Origin: Eledone cirrhosa | Lineage: Eukaryota | Assembly (NCBI GenBank): GCA_964016885.1 | Contig: OZ024753.1 | Location: 19,158,001-19,222,000 of the forward strand | DNA length: 64,000 bases | Direction: 5' to 3' | Shown: positions 1-13,529 of the stretch, piece after piece | How the letters are laid out: each line of letters begins with the position of its first letter | Position numbering within the stretch: the first letter of the stretch is position 1 | Translations under genes and position numbers: made by a program | The notes under the pieces: generated by a model | Database searches by the model: none | The model's input: the letters and a program-made list of their open reading frames with translations, nothing else | Told to the model about the DNA's origin: nothing

Positions 1-93
<93 letters not shown>

Positions 94-364
94 TAAATAC
101 ATATACACATATATGTGTACATAGACACATACATACACACTAATATACACTCGTACAAAAATATACATACATGCAAAGAGAAAAGCGTGCTAATTGTAAT
201 ATGGCAAAAAGAAGGTAAAGTAACATTGTAGTAGTGAAATGAGAAAAACTAGGATCTAGGATCAAATGATTGCAGCAGCTGAGAAGGAGTAAGATTGTTG
301 GTAGATGAGGTATTTACAGACTATTGTGTGGTATAGACTTGTGAAGGAAATAGTATACTTAATG

Positions 365-417
<53 letters not shown>

Positions 418-463
418 TGGGTAGTAGGTATCCTAATTTAAAGCTATGTTATGTTGGTTCGAT

Positions 464-2184
464 TCACGGAGGTTTGAATCTTATGAATTTAGTGGCTATT
501 CTATGCCTGCAGAAGATAGATCTTTCTAACTTATTATTAAGTAGTCTTTTAACATTTCTAAGGATATACAATAGCTCAAGATCACACAGCCCGCAATAGG
601 ACATACCTGTACTATAGGTTTTAGCAGCCGACAACTTCGACCAGTTGATAGTGTAGCTAGCGTTGCTGTCCTTCAATTCCCATATTTTTCTGGCGAGGGT
701 GGTGGAACCCATAAGAGCTCGGTTTTTCATCGAGTGCCTGTGCACATACCATCTTTTCTTAAAAGAACCCGCGGTGGATCCTATGTAATTCCAAGTGGAG
801 TTACCCGAGATGACAGTGCACATGTACACCAGACTCGAATCGAGACATCTATTCGCCAATGGGCACCTATCTGGGAGGTGACAGTTGCAGTTTGAGGCGC
901 TATTATGTGCAGCTTTTACATTCCTATTTAGTACCCTGTTATAAGTGGGTTGTGATATATGCCCAATGGGGTTTTGCTGCTGCGCGTTTGTATGCGCTTG
1001 TGGTTGTGATGTTGTGATGAGTTTGTGCTTATGTATAGGTGCAATTGATTTACTTGAGATATTTCTGCGGTTGATCTTGCGTATGTGTGATTCTATGTTA
1101 GCTGCTGTTGAAAAAGAGAGTTTTATAGTAGATCTATTGAGTAGTTTGTGATATCTATGCGAGATAGGGAAGTGTTTATCTATTAGTTTAAAGAATATAG
1201 AGGGCAGTCTAGTTTTTATAGAGGAGTTGAATATTGGGTTGAACCATAGGTATTTCCTTTGTCTGTTTCTTCTATTGTTTCTAGGGTTTACATTATTAGT
1301 GTTTTGGCCGTTTACTCTAGGTGTTACATGTCTAACCCTATGTCTAGTCAAGCTATTCTTATTATTATGTGAGCGGTTGGAGTAGAAATTACTAGGATTG
1401 TTTATGTTGTCCTTATTCACTATATACTGTAGTTTATCTTTATGACCGGCCCTACTTAATGCTGCATTATAATAGTCAGCATGCTCGTTAAAGATTTCTA
1501 GGTTTGAGGATAGGCGGGATATTCGGAGGGATATACTACGTGCTATGGATTTAATTATGGATTTGGGGTGATTTGAGTTGTAACTAATGTAGGCAAGATT
1601 TTCATTATTTTTGTGGAAAGGTTCTATTAATCCAGTATTTAGATTTAGAGTTACATCTAGAAAATTTACCTTCTTATGGTTTAGTTCGTAGGTAATACTT
1701 AGGCCTAGTTTTTTGAAGAATATTCTAATATTTTTCCTTAGTCTTTCCATGCTCTGGTTGTTTAGGTTCCTAGCTATAAGTAACGTGTCGTCCCTATAAA
1801 TTCCTCCTTGGAGGTTACTGAATTCCTTATGTAGGTTGTGTGCTATGAATAGCCCCACGATATCTGTAATTTGCGCAGAATCATTTGAACCCATTGTAAT
1901 ATCGAAGCTATTTATTCTATCCTTTCTTACCCAGTAGTTATTTTCAAATTTTACGATAGTCCTTCTAGCCGCTATTATTATTTCAATTTCATCATGGGTA
2001 AGATCAGAGTTATTTTGGGCAAATATAAGCGCCTTATCTAGGGTAGCTGGGGATATGGATGCATAATAGTCGTCTATATCAAATTGTATGAAGTTACACG
2101 TATCCCTATTTTGTATTTTATTGAACCATTTAATTGCCTCGTTAGTGTTGCCCCATAGATTGATTTCTAGTTTACCCTTTATTT
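464..2184 (-). CDS. PLE reverse transcriptase + GIY-YIG endonuclease (uninterrupted but 5'-truncated)
   Basis: RT motifs FDIDDYYASI, ITMGS, GGIYRDD, VNFLDVTL, SNHP; linker CNCHLPDRC (CxCx5C); GIY-YIG-like LVYMC...YIGST...RWYVH; C-terminal CGLC...CRH. Confidence 0.9.
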
Positions 2185-3003
<819 letters not shown>

Positions 3004-3355
3004 GCGTATATTAATTCGTTAACCTCTGTATTAACTCTACAACTATTGAGCTTTGACAGTGGTCCCACTCATGTATACGGTTGAAGATGAAGAGAAAGAC
3101 TGTAAAAACTAGCTTATCTTTATAATTTAAAATTGATACACACTACGATACTTTTTGCCTTATGACAGCTGGTTTTCACGCCGTAACATTAGATACATTA
3201 TATACACCCCACCTAAGTAATGTCAGGGTCTCCTTAAATAGTTTATTGATAGCATTGTTGTAATAATTGTTGTTGTTTATTGTTCTAATTGAATGCCATA
3301 ACTACTCCATATTTTCTTTTATTTTCTTGCCTGTGTATTTTCTTCATTCTCGCAT

Positions 3356-3461
3356 GCTCCGAAGATCTGACTGGTTATAATTCTGTATTGGCGATCGAGT
3401 GACGCAAAATTAGGCGGATAGCGATCTCTAGACATACCAGTTCAGTGAAACAAATGTAAGC
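3356..3461 (+). ncRNA. Type I hammerhead-like motif, long stem II, core variant CCGAAGA
   Basis: gct-CCGAAGA-t-ctgactggt...accagttcag-t-GAAA-caaatg-TA-agc in the PLE 3' region. Confidence 0.55.
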
Positions 3462-3530
3462 TATGTGATTAAAAACTTTTTTGTATAGCAAACCATGTAA
3501 ACCTTCTTTCCTGATTTATATATATATATA

Positions 3531-3597
<67 letters not shown>

Positions 3598-4091
3598 ATG
3601 TGTGTGTGTGCGGGTGTGGGTGCGCGCGAGTGTGTGAGTGTGTGTGTTTGTGAAAATGTCTGTTGACTTTTGGAATATAGTTTAAGAGGAATTTGGTATG
3701 ATATGCATGATATGCACTCAATATTTTGAACTGGTCTATAGAATTCTCTAGGCCTTTGTCACTAAGTAGAACCTTAAAGAATTAGCTTTTAAAGAATTTC
3801 CCTTTTCTTTAAATCCATCAACCATGACTGACTCCCAACGATCTTATAGACAACTGAAATCTAGGAATTGTTAGCTTAAGAGAAACTTAAAAATAAGGAT
3901 TGGCACCCCGTTCTGAACTTGTTTATAGAATTATTTCTGCCTTTGTTACTCTAAATATAAACTATAGCTTTAAAGAATTAGCTTTTAATGAATTCCCTTT
4001 CTATCAACCAATGACCGTTACCCACCCTACTCCCTACCCTCTCTTACCACCTGAAGAGACCTATAAATACCATATTTATTTTTTGATACCC

Positions 4092-4142
4092 AGATTCCTG
4101 ATGATTTCTAAGGGTTGAAACAGTTCTAGTCCTGTAGAATCT
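4092..4142 (+). ncRNA. Type I hammerhead ribozyme motif
   Basis: agattc-CTGATGA-tttctaagggtt-GAAA-cag...ctg-TA-gaatct; 6-bp stem I, weak stem II. Confidence 0.7.
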
Positions 4143-4519
4143 CATCTATATTAAAACTTTTATACTCTGAAATGTATTGAGTACCTTACTTACTGTGGTT
4201 ACCTCCGATTCAACCCATAATAACGTAGATAGATATATATATATATATATATTTCTTTTATTTGCCACTAGGGCATCAAAAGTGGGACAAGTACAAAGGG
4301 GGGAGTTTACACAAAAAGGCGTCCTCAATAAGGAGGAGGCAATAACAAAATATAAAAATAAAATAAGATATAACAAAAAATAAAATTTTTTTTTTTAACA
4401 AAATCCTCAATAGAAACGAGGCGCCTTGGGGGGTCGCACACACCCCCGAAAAAAGTGTGCAACCCTTCTCCTCAGGAGCACAGAGAAGGGGTGCTCCCTT
4501 GGTCTTTCATCTTCCTCAC

Positions 4520-7500
4520 CTATAGTCTGATGTAGAGTGAAGGCCCATTCACACGGGCCATTCTCGCCACTTTCACCCATCTTTCATAGAAACGGCTGGG
4601 GTGCAGCACCTCTCTCTCCATCCTGATCCTTCTTCCGAAATGATATCGGAAGAAACGGACCAGTTGTTGGCCAGAGAGAAAGGTGCCCGACCTCAGTCCT
4701 TTCAGACGCGTCCACCATACAACCTCTTTCGCCATGGCTATTACGCACAGAAACACCGCCTCTGCTTCATCTTTGAAGGGGGGAGGCGGCTTGATCATTA
4801 CAATAGACTCGGTGGTCAACCGGATCGGTCCCACCCTTGACAGCAGTTGTTCGACATAGCCCCACAGATCGGCTACGCCCGAGCAGTGTACTAATGCGTG
4901 TGCAACGGTTTCCTCGTCGCACACGCATCTGGGACAGATCTTTTTGGCGGGGTCCCTACCCGGGCGCCCGTGTCTGTAGAGCCTTTCTCGAACGGGTAAA
5001 GCCCCTCGGTAGCACTGCCAGGCCAGGGACTTCTGGAAGTTGTCCATAGGTCCCGGGCTGAATGTCCTACCGAACAGGCTGGCCAGTTCGTTCTCCTCCA
5101 TGTCTAGGGCTTCTCCGAGGGCGTCGTCGCACCTGCTGCGTACCAGCCCTCTATAGAATGTTGCGGTGGAGTCTCCACTGACAACCGGATCCGCCTGCCA
5201 GAGGGCGGTGAGCGCCTGGGCACACTCAGTGTGCCAGGCGCCCAGTTTTCTCGGTCTTTGCTTGACCCAGGATTGCAGCTCGGTGAGTGAGACGAGTCTG
5301 GGAAAGGTTCGTCTCACAAACGAGGCTCACACCGGTTGTCCGGTGAGGAATACGTAGAGGTGCCGTAGCCTTAATGCGTGTTTACGCATCATTAGCCACG
5401 GCATCCCCAGCCCTCCTTTCGAAGGGTGTTGACAGCAGATGGATCTCCTCACCATAGGAGCCCGCCTCTTCCAAAGGAATTGGAAGAGCGCGCGCTCCAT
5501 CTTGGTGAGGGTTTCCCTTGGGCAGGGCACTACGGTCAGGCGGTAGTAGATGACGGACGCTATGTAGGTGTTCGCCACCTCCGCCCGACCTTTCAGGGAT
5601 AGTTTGCAACTGGCCCACTTCTGGGTCAGTGCAAACACCCTGTTCGTAACCTCCGCCCAGTTTTTCTCCACCTGGAGGTCCGGTCCGAACCAGACCCCGA
5701 GCAACTTCACCGGGCCCTCCGTCCAGCGTCCGACGACGCTATCGGAGGGCATCGGTCTGCCCCTCCACGTGCCGAGTTGCAAACCGATCGACTTGTCCCG
5801 GTTCAGCTTAGCCCCTTTGAACTTTTCGTACTCCTCCAGTAAGGTGCCGACCGCCTCGATTTCGGAGGCCGTCGACACCATTACTGTCACGTCATCGGCG
5901 TAGGCCGACACCGCTTTCCGCAATCCCGGTTCCAAAGGGATGCCCTGCAACAACTCCAACTTCCGCAGTAGTGGCTCGAGAGTCAACACATACAGAAGGG
6001 AGGAGAGAGGGCACCCTTGTCGGATGGACCGCGCGATTTTGAACGGCTCCGAGAGGTAGCCGTTCACCTTGACCCTAGAGCAGATGCGGCTGCTGTGCAT
6101 AGCAGTGATCCAGCCCCTGAAAACGGGTCCGAAGCCTGCCGCCGCTAGCACCGCATCAGAGGTAACCATGGTCGACCCTATCGAACGCCTTAGATTGATC
6201 CAAGTTGATCAGAGCCCCACCAAAGCCGGGTTCGTTCCCAACCCTCTCTATGATGTATCGCATGAGGTGGAGGTTGTCATGGATGGACCTGGACGGGATA
6301 GCGCATGTCTGCGCATCTCCCACCAGGTTGCCCACGACAAGCGCCAACCTCTTTGCTAGCACCTTGGCCAAAATCTGTAACTCTGTATTTAGCAGTGTTA
6401 TGGGCCTGAAGTTACTTATTTCGTCCCCCTTGTTCTCGTCCTTCCTCACTAGCGTGACTACGCCCTTGGTCACAGTACAGGGAATTCTCCCGTTCTGTTG
6501 CCAGTTGCAGTAGACCGCCTCGAGGAGATCGGGGAACAAGTCCGGCATAGCTAGATATAATTCGTAAGGAAGACCATCGAGACCCGGGGATTTGCGTTTG
6601 CCGCATTGGCTCAGCACGTCCTCTATCTCAGCGGCCGAAATCGGCTCCTCGCAGGACTTCGCCTCCCTGTCCGAGAGGCGCGGCAGGCCGTCGAGGTATG
6701 GACCGAAGTCCACGTTCCCAACCGGCTCCCCGCCCCTCCCGAACAGTCGGGCAAAGTGCCTTTGAAAGGCCTCACACATCTGCTTAGGCTCAAGAATCAC
6801 CCGTCCATCCAGGTCTCGCAAAGACCGGATGGTGGATTTAGTTCCACTGTTGGCCTCTGTCACGCGGGCCCAGCTAACAGCTTTGGTCCCCTCGTTCCCT
6901 AGAGCACGTATTTTACTTCGGACAACGCAGCCTTCGTGCTTCGCGTCGAAAAACTGGCTCAAAGCCGTTCTCGACGCGAGCACTCTGGCCACGTCGCCGC
7001 TTCTAATTGCCTCTTCTACTCTATCTATTAGCTCCCTTTCCTTCCTATTCCTATCCGCAGCTAGAACCTTACTAAATTCTATCGAGACTACTCTAATCTC
7101 TCTCTTTAGAGATACCCACCACCTGCTGTTGACGATCGCTCCAGTCAACCGTTCCTTAACTAACGTACTAATCCGATTCCTGTAGGCTCTACTTGCCGGC
7201 AAGGACAAGTTGAGCTTCCAGTAACCGGGGCCCTGTCTATGAGTTCTGTCAAGGTTGACCACGCAGGTCACTAATTTGTGGTCTGAATAGCCAACCATGC
7301 GCATTTTTGGACAACTTAAAAAGTCCTTATCCTTAATTCTAACTAAGAACCTATCTAGGTACGACCTAGATGATCCGCTACGATTTGCCCAGGTCCAGGT
7401 TGGCGCAGTCGGAAAATGTAGTCGATATCTATCGGCCAGGTCAAATCGACCGATTAACCCTTTGAGGCTATTACACCCCTCTCCATCGGGGCAGGCCCCT

Positions 7501-7959
7501 ACGTAGTCCCAGCGTGCATCTAGGATACCATTCCAGTCCCCCACTAATAGCAAGGAGCGGGACGTCCCTAGAAAAGTCTCCAGACGATGGAAGAAGTCCG
7601 GCCGCATTGACCCGAAAGGGCCGTAGGCGGCTACCAACCTAAACGCTCCGCCTTTACCACTGCCAAGGTCCAGAACCACTAATCGACCCTCCGGGTCCAA
7701 ATGTACCATCTGTGTTGCGAGACCCAGATGTTTTTTTCAGCAGAACGACAACTCCACCCCCACCTCCGGGCTGACAGAGAGATGCGTGCATCTCAAAGTC
7801 ATCAAAGGTGGGGGACAGCTGTCGCACGTTGCTGATCCGGGCCTCGCAAATAACCATCACATCTATACGTTGTGACCTGAGGTCATTTAGAAGCATTGCT
7901 TGCTTCCAAGTTGAGCCCAGGCCACGCGCATTTAAACAGCCTACTCTTAGCATAGCCAT
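4520..7959 (-). pseudogene. LINE ORF2 (APE endonuclease, RT, zf-RVT); two frameshifts (~7733, ~6157) and one TGA (~5327)
   Basis: LNARGL, GDWN, SYLDR, SDH, KSPGLDG, LDQSKAFDRVDH, IRQGCPLS, YADD, CPRC...HALVHC. Confidence 0.92.
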
Positions 7960-7983
7960 GTTGGTGGTGAAGAGAAAAGGCAC

Positions 7984-9618
7984 TTACCTCTCTGCGTCCC
8001 GGGTATCGGGCTGCACAATTTCCATTAGGGTGGGGGATGGGTTGTTGGGTGGGGTGGTGGTTTGTGGAAGTGTGGGGGCATCAGTGTGTTGTGTGGTTGG
8101 GGAGCTTGGAGTTGTGAGGGTGTTTGGGGAGGGGGTGGGATAGTTTTTTAGGAGGACGCGGTTAATGGGCCCGACGCAGGGGGGACCCACGTCCTCTTTA
8201 AAATTGTTTTTTAAAGTTTTATAGGTGTCCTGTGGGGCCTTAATCATTTTGAGGTGGGGGAAATCCCCTGCCTGGGTGAAGTTAGGCCCTTGTGTTTTTA
8301 TTAGATTGTTGTTGTACACAATGTTTAACAGTTTTTTGTTTCTTGTATTTATGTATGTGTATGCATGTTTTTGTTTTTGTGTGGTGTTTTTTGTTTGCTG
8401 TTGTGAGCTCTTTTGTGTTGGTGTCAGTGTTATGTTTTGGGGAGGTTTTTTTTTCATTTCTGTGTCTGAGGTGTGTTTTCTTTTTTTTCTTTTGATTGTG
8501 TGGAAGTGCTCCTCCTCGTCTGACGACGAACTAGGGTCATCTTCCGCGTTGGAGGGGAGGGGTATATTTTCGGGTTGTGTTTGCGGTACGGGTGTTTTGG
8601 AAATTGTTTTTGTTTTTTGAGTGGAGGGGATGGGTTGGACATTGTTTTGTTTTGGTTTGAGCTGTGGTGGTTGTTTTTGTAGTGGTAGTTGTGGTGATTG
8701 TGTTGGTTGTGCAGTTGTTGGTGGTGTAGGCAGGATTGGGGTTTTCTTATTAAGTTGGGGACAGACAGCCCTCAGGTGACCTCTGGTTCCGCAGAGGTAA
8801 CACGAGGGCCGTCTACCCTCAACGGTAATGTTGATGAAGGTTAGATCATCCAGTATGACGCGTTCAGGGATCTGGGCGATCCTTTCGGGCCTCATTTGAA
8901 CTACAAGTTCGAGGCTCGTTCCACTGAACGCGTCACCCGATGCCTTTCCCATGGACACCAGCATGTCATCCTCCAGGTCCAGAAAACCTGTCAAAACCCA
9001 CCATATGTCCATAATCGGCAGGATGGTGTGGATTTTTATTTTTTGTGTTCTTCTACCCATGTACGTAGGGTAGAAGATGTATGCGGTGGATGTGATTGGT
9101 TTGATGGACAGTTCCACTGCTGTGTCCCTGCCCTTCATGAGAATGGATAGACTCCCGTAGAGTCTATCCTTCTGAATGAAGGTGATGTCCTTCATGACGT
9201 CTTTTAAAACCAGCTCTATCTCGCTCTGTGATGGTTGAGCTGGTTTTTTACTTTTGTTCGAGATTGTCCTAAACATGACCGTGTTTAGGAGTCTCTGGCT
9301 TTTTAGTTCCGGGGGGGAATGGATTGTGAATGAACCATTTTCCCCGTACACTATATATTTTTTCGCATCCGCCAGTAGCTCCTTCGCTTTTGTTATATCT
9401 ACTGGCAGATAGTCGAGGGTTTTCCTTGTCGTCTCGGCGAAGGAGAAATTTTGTTTGTTTGTGTTGTTGTTGTCGTTGGTGGTGTTGTTGTTATCATTGT
9501 TGTTGTTGTCACCGTTATTGGTCTTGTTGTTGTTATTGTTATTGTTATTGGTGTTGTTTTCGTCCGTCGCATTGTTGTTGTTGTTGCTGTTGCTGCTGGT
9601 TCTTTGGGTTGTTTCCAT
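7984..9618 (-). CDS. LINE ORF1 nucleic-acid-binding protein (zinc knuckle, Asn-rich N-terminus)
   Basis: 544-aa open frame with CYLCGTRGHLRAVC immediately upstream of ORF2. Confidence 0.85.
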   Translation of the reverse strand: METTQRTSSNSNNNNNATDENNTNNNNNNNNKTNNGDNNNNDNNNTTNDNNNTNKQNFSFAETTRKTLDYLPVDITKAKELLADAKKYIVYGENGSFTIHSPPELKSQRLLNTVMFRTISNKSKKPAQPSQSEIELVLKDVMKDITFIQKDRLYGSLSILMKGRDTAVELSIKPITSTAYIFYPTYMGRRTQKIKIHTILPIMDIWWVLTGFLDLEDDMLVSMGKASGDAFSGTSLELVVQMRPERIAQIPERVILDDLTFINITVEGRRPSCYLCGTRGHLRAVCPQLNKKTPILPTPPTTAQPTQSPQLPLQKQPPQLKPKQNNVQPIPSTQKTKTISKTPVPQTQPENIPLPSNAEDDPSSSSDEEEHFHTIKRKKRKHTSDTEMKKKPPQNITLTPTQKSSQQQTKNTTQKQKHAYTYINTRNKKLLNIVYNNNLIKTQGPNFTQAGDFPHLKMIKAPQDTYKTLKNNFKEDVGPPCVGPINRVLLKNYPTPSPNTLTTPSSPTTQHTDAPTLPQTTTPPNNPSPTLMEIVQPDTRDAER

Positions 9619-9746
9619 GGCAACGTCAAGTTATCGGTTAACAGGTGGAGAGAATTCTTCCGCTGGCTGACCTATCTTCTTGACCTCTGCTACTGTGACA
9701 GTGGCAGGGGGAAGCTGTAAGTTCATCTTCCCCTTTCCTCCTTCGA

Positions 9747-9966
9747 AGGAAGACGATCGACTTTCGTCAAATCGGACCGAGGGAACAATGTTTCCGTTGG
9801 TCTTTCCAATTGCTAATACTATCTATCAGTCGCAACTCCAGGTAGAAGGAGCAACGTGAAATAAAGTGTCTTGCTCAAGGACATAACGCATCGCCTGGTC
9901 CAGGAATCGAATTCACAACCTTTCGATTGCGAATCCAATTCTCTAACCACTCAGCCACACGCCTTC
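9747..9966 (-). mobile_element. tRNA-derived SINE with CORE-like domain
   Basis: Minus strand: A-box TGGCTGAGTGG, B-box-like AATTCGATTCC, then TGTCCTTGAGCAAGACACTT; partial copy at ~50998-51147. Confidence 0.75.
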
Positions 9967-10009
9967 ATATATATATATATATGTATATATATAAGTATAT
10001 ATATATATT

Positions 10010-10151
<142 letters not shown>

Positions 10152-10185
10152 CTTATATATATACATATATATATATATATGTATA

Positions 10186-10226
<41 letters not shown>

Positions 10227-10299
10227 GTAGGTCCGGGGGTTGAGTCGGGGATAACCACAGTAAGTAAGGTACTCAATACATGGCAGAGTAATTTTTTTA

Positions 10300-10422
10300 A
10301 TTTTATAGAAGGAGCTTCTACAGGACTAGTACTGTTTCATTCAGATGAAATTTTCAGGAAGCTCCTGAAGATTTCATCTGAATGAAACAGTACTAGTCCT
10401 GTAGAAGCTCCTTCTATAAAAT
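10300..10422. ncRNA. Palindrome of two back-to-back hammerhead motifs (minus 10313-10363, plus 10360-10409)
   Basis: Plus: CTGAAGA-tttcatctgaat-GAAA-cag...ctg-TA-gaagct; minus copy has intact stem I but core CTGAAAA. Confidence 0.75.
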
Positions 10423-10470
<48 letters not shown>

Positions 10471-10613
10471 CTTATATATATACATATACATATATATATG
10501 TATATATATATATATATAGGAACGAGTAGGACACCGACGGCTGAGCTCAAGCCGTTTCCACGGCTAATTCTGGACTAAAACGGTCCACCTGGTTCCTTAC
10601 CACGTTACCTTCG

Positions 10614-10676
<63 letters not shown>

Positions 10677-10736
10677 TATATATATATATTATAAAAAATA
10701 AAGCAAAGAAGCCGTCAATACATCAAAAGTCTTTAT

Positions 10737-10778
10737 TAACCAACAATGTTTCGTCCTATTAAGGACTCATCAGGACAA
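10737..10778 (-). ncRNA. Minimal hammerhead motif followed by AATAAA
   Basis: CTGATGA-gtcc-ttaata-ggac-GAAA-cattg-TT; perfect stem II, weak stem I. Confidence 0.7.
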
Positions 10779-11157
10779 GTAAAGCTACAAGAAGCACTAT
10801 CGGCCAATACAAGTAAAAAACTCAGAAGAATATGTAGTATACATCTATTAAATCCTAGGAAGGATATCAAGGAAAAGTAGGCTAAGATTAAGAGCGAGCA
10901 GTTACAAACATAGATATAGACCAAATAGCAAGGAAGTGATTAACATGTTGAACCCACATTGTAAATATTATATAATGCAAAAACTTGAAACACAAATGGT
11001 AATATAATGCGAGAATTACAGTACGATATAGAATATAATATAATATATAAAATAATATAATAGATGGTTATAATAAAAAGCTTAATATATGTATATATAT
11101 ATATATATTTATACATATATAACTAGTACAAACATAAACTAACACTTATTAAGTATT

Positions 11158-11218
<61 letters not shown>

Positions 11219-12493
11219 TACAGTATAATATAATAAAGATAAAAATAAGAATAAAGATAAAAATAAAAATAAAATATAATATATAATTCCCTGTCAGTGT
11301 GCATAAACAATATAAAAACATTATAATAACATTATAATAACAATATTATAATATATTGGCATCAAAAGATATACAAAATTACATCATATATATAATTCAA
11401 GGTTAACAAATAGTACAAAGTTTTACACCACGCAAGAAAAAAATCATATAGAACTAAATAGTGTTGAAAAAATTGTGTTGAAAATAATATCTATGCCATT
11501 GCAACAAATACACGGAGGTCAAGTCGTTTTACATTGGCATAAATATTACCAAAATATCCCAAAATATTACAAAATATAACAGAACAGTACTTCAAGTACC
11601 ATATATTAAAATCTATAATACGATTACATAAAAATGATATGATATAACAACATTAATATCAAATATCAAACAGAGTCTAAGGAAATGCTTAATAAATATT
11701 TACGTGGTTGAGATACACAGACATATATTACCACAGCGTGTGGTAGTAAAAAAATAAATAAAATAAACCGAAGATCGAAAAACAAAAACAAGTATATTTA
11801 CTTAGGTGTCACAAGCGGTTAAGTAAAATAAGAGATAGAAATGTAAGCGGCGAATTCACTAGAAAACCTTTTCAAATTAATTAATATTAAAAGTATTTAA
11901 AATACATATTTAGTCACTTCAAAATTGGCTATAGTTTAAGTCATCAAAAACGTATAAGTTTGAGATATTTCAATAAAATTATCAAGAATAGAGTAAAAAT
12001 GCTCCGTTCAGTCGAATAACGTTATCAAATAAAATGACTCTAAATAGAACTATGGTAGACCATGGTTTATTTTTTATAATTCTCTAAATAGAACTATGGT
12101 AGACTATGGTTTATTTTTTATAATTCTTCGGCTCTGTTTAATTACATTGAGCTATATCTTATACTGTCATTTCTATAATATGAAGAGGGTGTTTAACTCC
12201 AACACACTCTAGTATTTTAATTCTTATATATATATATATATAAATGAAAGGTATAGAAATATTGTAGCAAGAAGCCAACAGTATTCCATAATATATATGT
12301 GACTATAGCGTCAAAATGGGAAAATCGTTAACGTGAGATGTGGGAAAAATAATTCAAACTCAATTGAAAAAGAATCAGGATATAGATTTATCCAACAGAA
12401 TTTAGTGAAATCCAGGGAAAAATCAATGGAGCATTAACTCATGATAAAATAAAGTTTAAAATACTGATCCTTCAATTTGGGACAACTAGAAAT

Positions 12494-12576
12494 GCTCAGT
12501 ATAGTCTTGAAAAAGACTATTTCACGTAAACTTTCAGTGGAGATGGTCACGGTTGGAATACGATCCTCAGCAGAGG
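12494..12576 (-). ncRNA. Type I hammerhead (5-bp stem III, long loop II)
   Basis: ctctg-CTGAGGA-t-cgta...tacg-t-GAAA-tagtc...gacta-TA-ctgag; one stem I mismatch. Confidence 0.75.
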
Positions 12577-13126
12577 GCAACACGATATACAGATTCTTAC
12601 TGTTAATTTGCCAAAAAGGGCATTTAAAAGCAGGCTAGTTTACCATCATGCGTGATTATGAAAATAAATTGCACATGTGGAAAAACAGGGCTGGTGACGT
12701 CAGAATGAGTCGAATGTTTGTTTATATGAAACAACAGTCAAAAACATTCCGAAAAAAACTCTACAATAATGAGTTCAGGAAAACGCAATATTATCGTGTT
12801 TTTTTTTTTAAATACCGGGATTAGTCACAAATAATTTAATCACTCTAGGAAAGAAATCCGAGTATAAATATATAAATGAAAGGTATAGAAAATATTGTAG
12901 CAAGAAGCCAACAGTATTCCATAATATATAAGTGACTATAGCGTCAGAATGGGAAAATACTTAACGTAAGATGTGGGAAAAATTATTCAAACTCAATTCA
13001 AAAAGAATCAGGATATAGATTTATCCAACAGAATTTAGGGAAATCCAGAGAAAAATCAATAGAGCCTTAACTCATGATAAAATAATGTTTAAAATACTCA
13101 TCCTTCAATTTGGGACAACTACAAAT

Positions 13127-13209
13127 GCTCTGTATAGTCTTGGAAAAGACTATTTCACGTAAAATTTCAGTGGAGATGGTCACGGTTGGAATACGATCCT
13201 CAGTAGAGC
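13127..13209 (-). ncRNA. Type I hammerhead, second unit
   Basis: gctcta-CTGAGGA-t-cgta...tacg-t-GAAA-tagtc...gacta-TA-cagagc. Confidence 0.75.
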
Positions 13210-13529
13210 TCAACACGATAGCCAGATTCTCACTGATTAATATGCCAAAAAGGGAATGTAAAAGCAGGCTAGTTTACCATCATGCGTGATTATCAAAATA
13301 AAACGCACATGTGGAAAAACAGGGCTGGTGACGTCAGAATGAGACGAATGTTTGTTTACATGAAACAACAGTCAAAAACATTCCGAAAAAACTCTACAAT
13401 AATGAGTTCAGCAAAAAACAATATTATCGCGGTTTTTTTTTTTTAAATACCGGGATTAGTCACAAATAATTTAAGCAATCTAGGAAAGAAATCCGAGTAT
13501 AAATATATAAATGAAAGGTATAGAAAGTA

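Larger units (their letters stand above)
4252..9746 (-). mobile_element. Tx1/L1-clade non-LTR retrotransposon, copy 1
   Basis: ORF1 with CCHC knuckle, ORF2 APE-RT-zinc finger, 3' UTR ending AATAAAAGAAA at (TA)n; colinear with 43555-49046. Confidence 0.93.
12238..13527 (-). repeat. ~633-bp tandem repeat (2 units plus a stub), one hammerhead per unit; retrozyme-like
   Basis: TAAATGAAAGGTATAGAAA recurs at 12241, 12873, 13508; HHRs at 12494-12576 and 13127-13209. Confidence 0.85.

Noticed and set aside
464-950. Selenocysteine recoding in the Hydra-like PLE
   Set aside because: Conserved Cys positions use Cys codons; the only TGA is terminal; no SECIS evident
4601-9720. Plus-strand ORFs over the LINEs (also 44134-48969)
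   Set aside because: Antisense shadows of GC-rich coding sequence with no recognisable motifs
9690-9746. HDV-like ribozyme at the Tx1 5' end
   Set aside because: Only 12 nt between the GGGGAAG/CTTCCCC strands, too short for the nested P2/P3/L3
9890-9966. tRNA gene
   Set aside because: The tRNA-like part is a SINE head joined to a CORE-like body, with no proper acceptor stem
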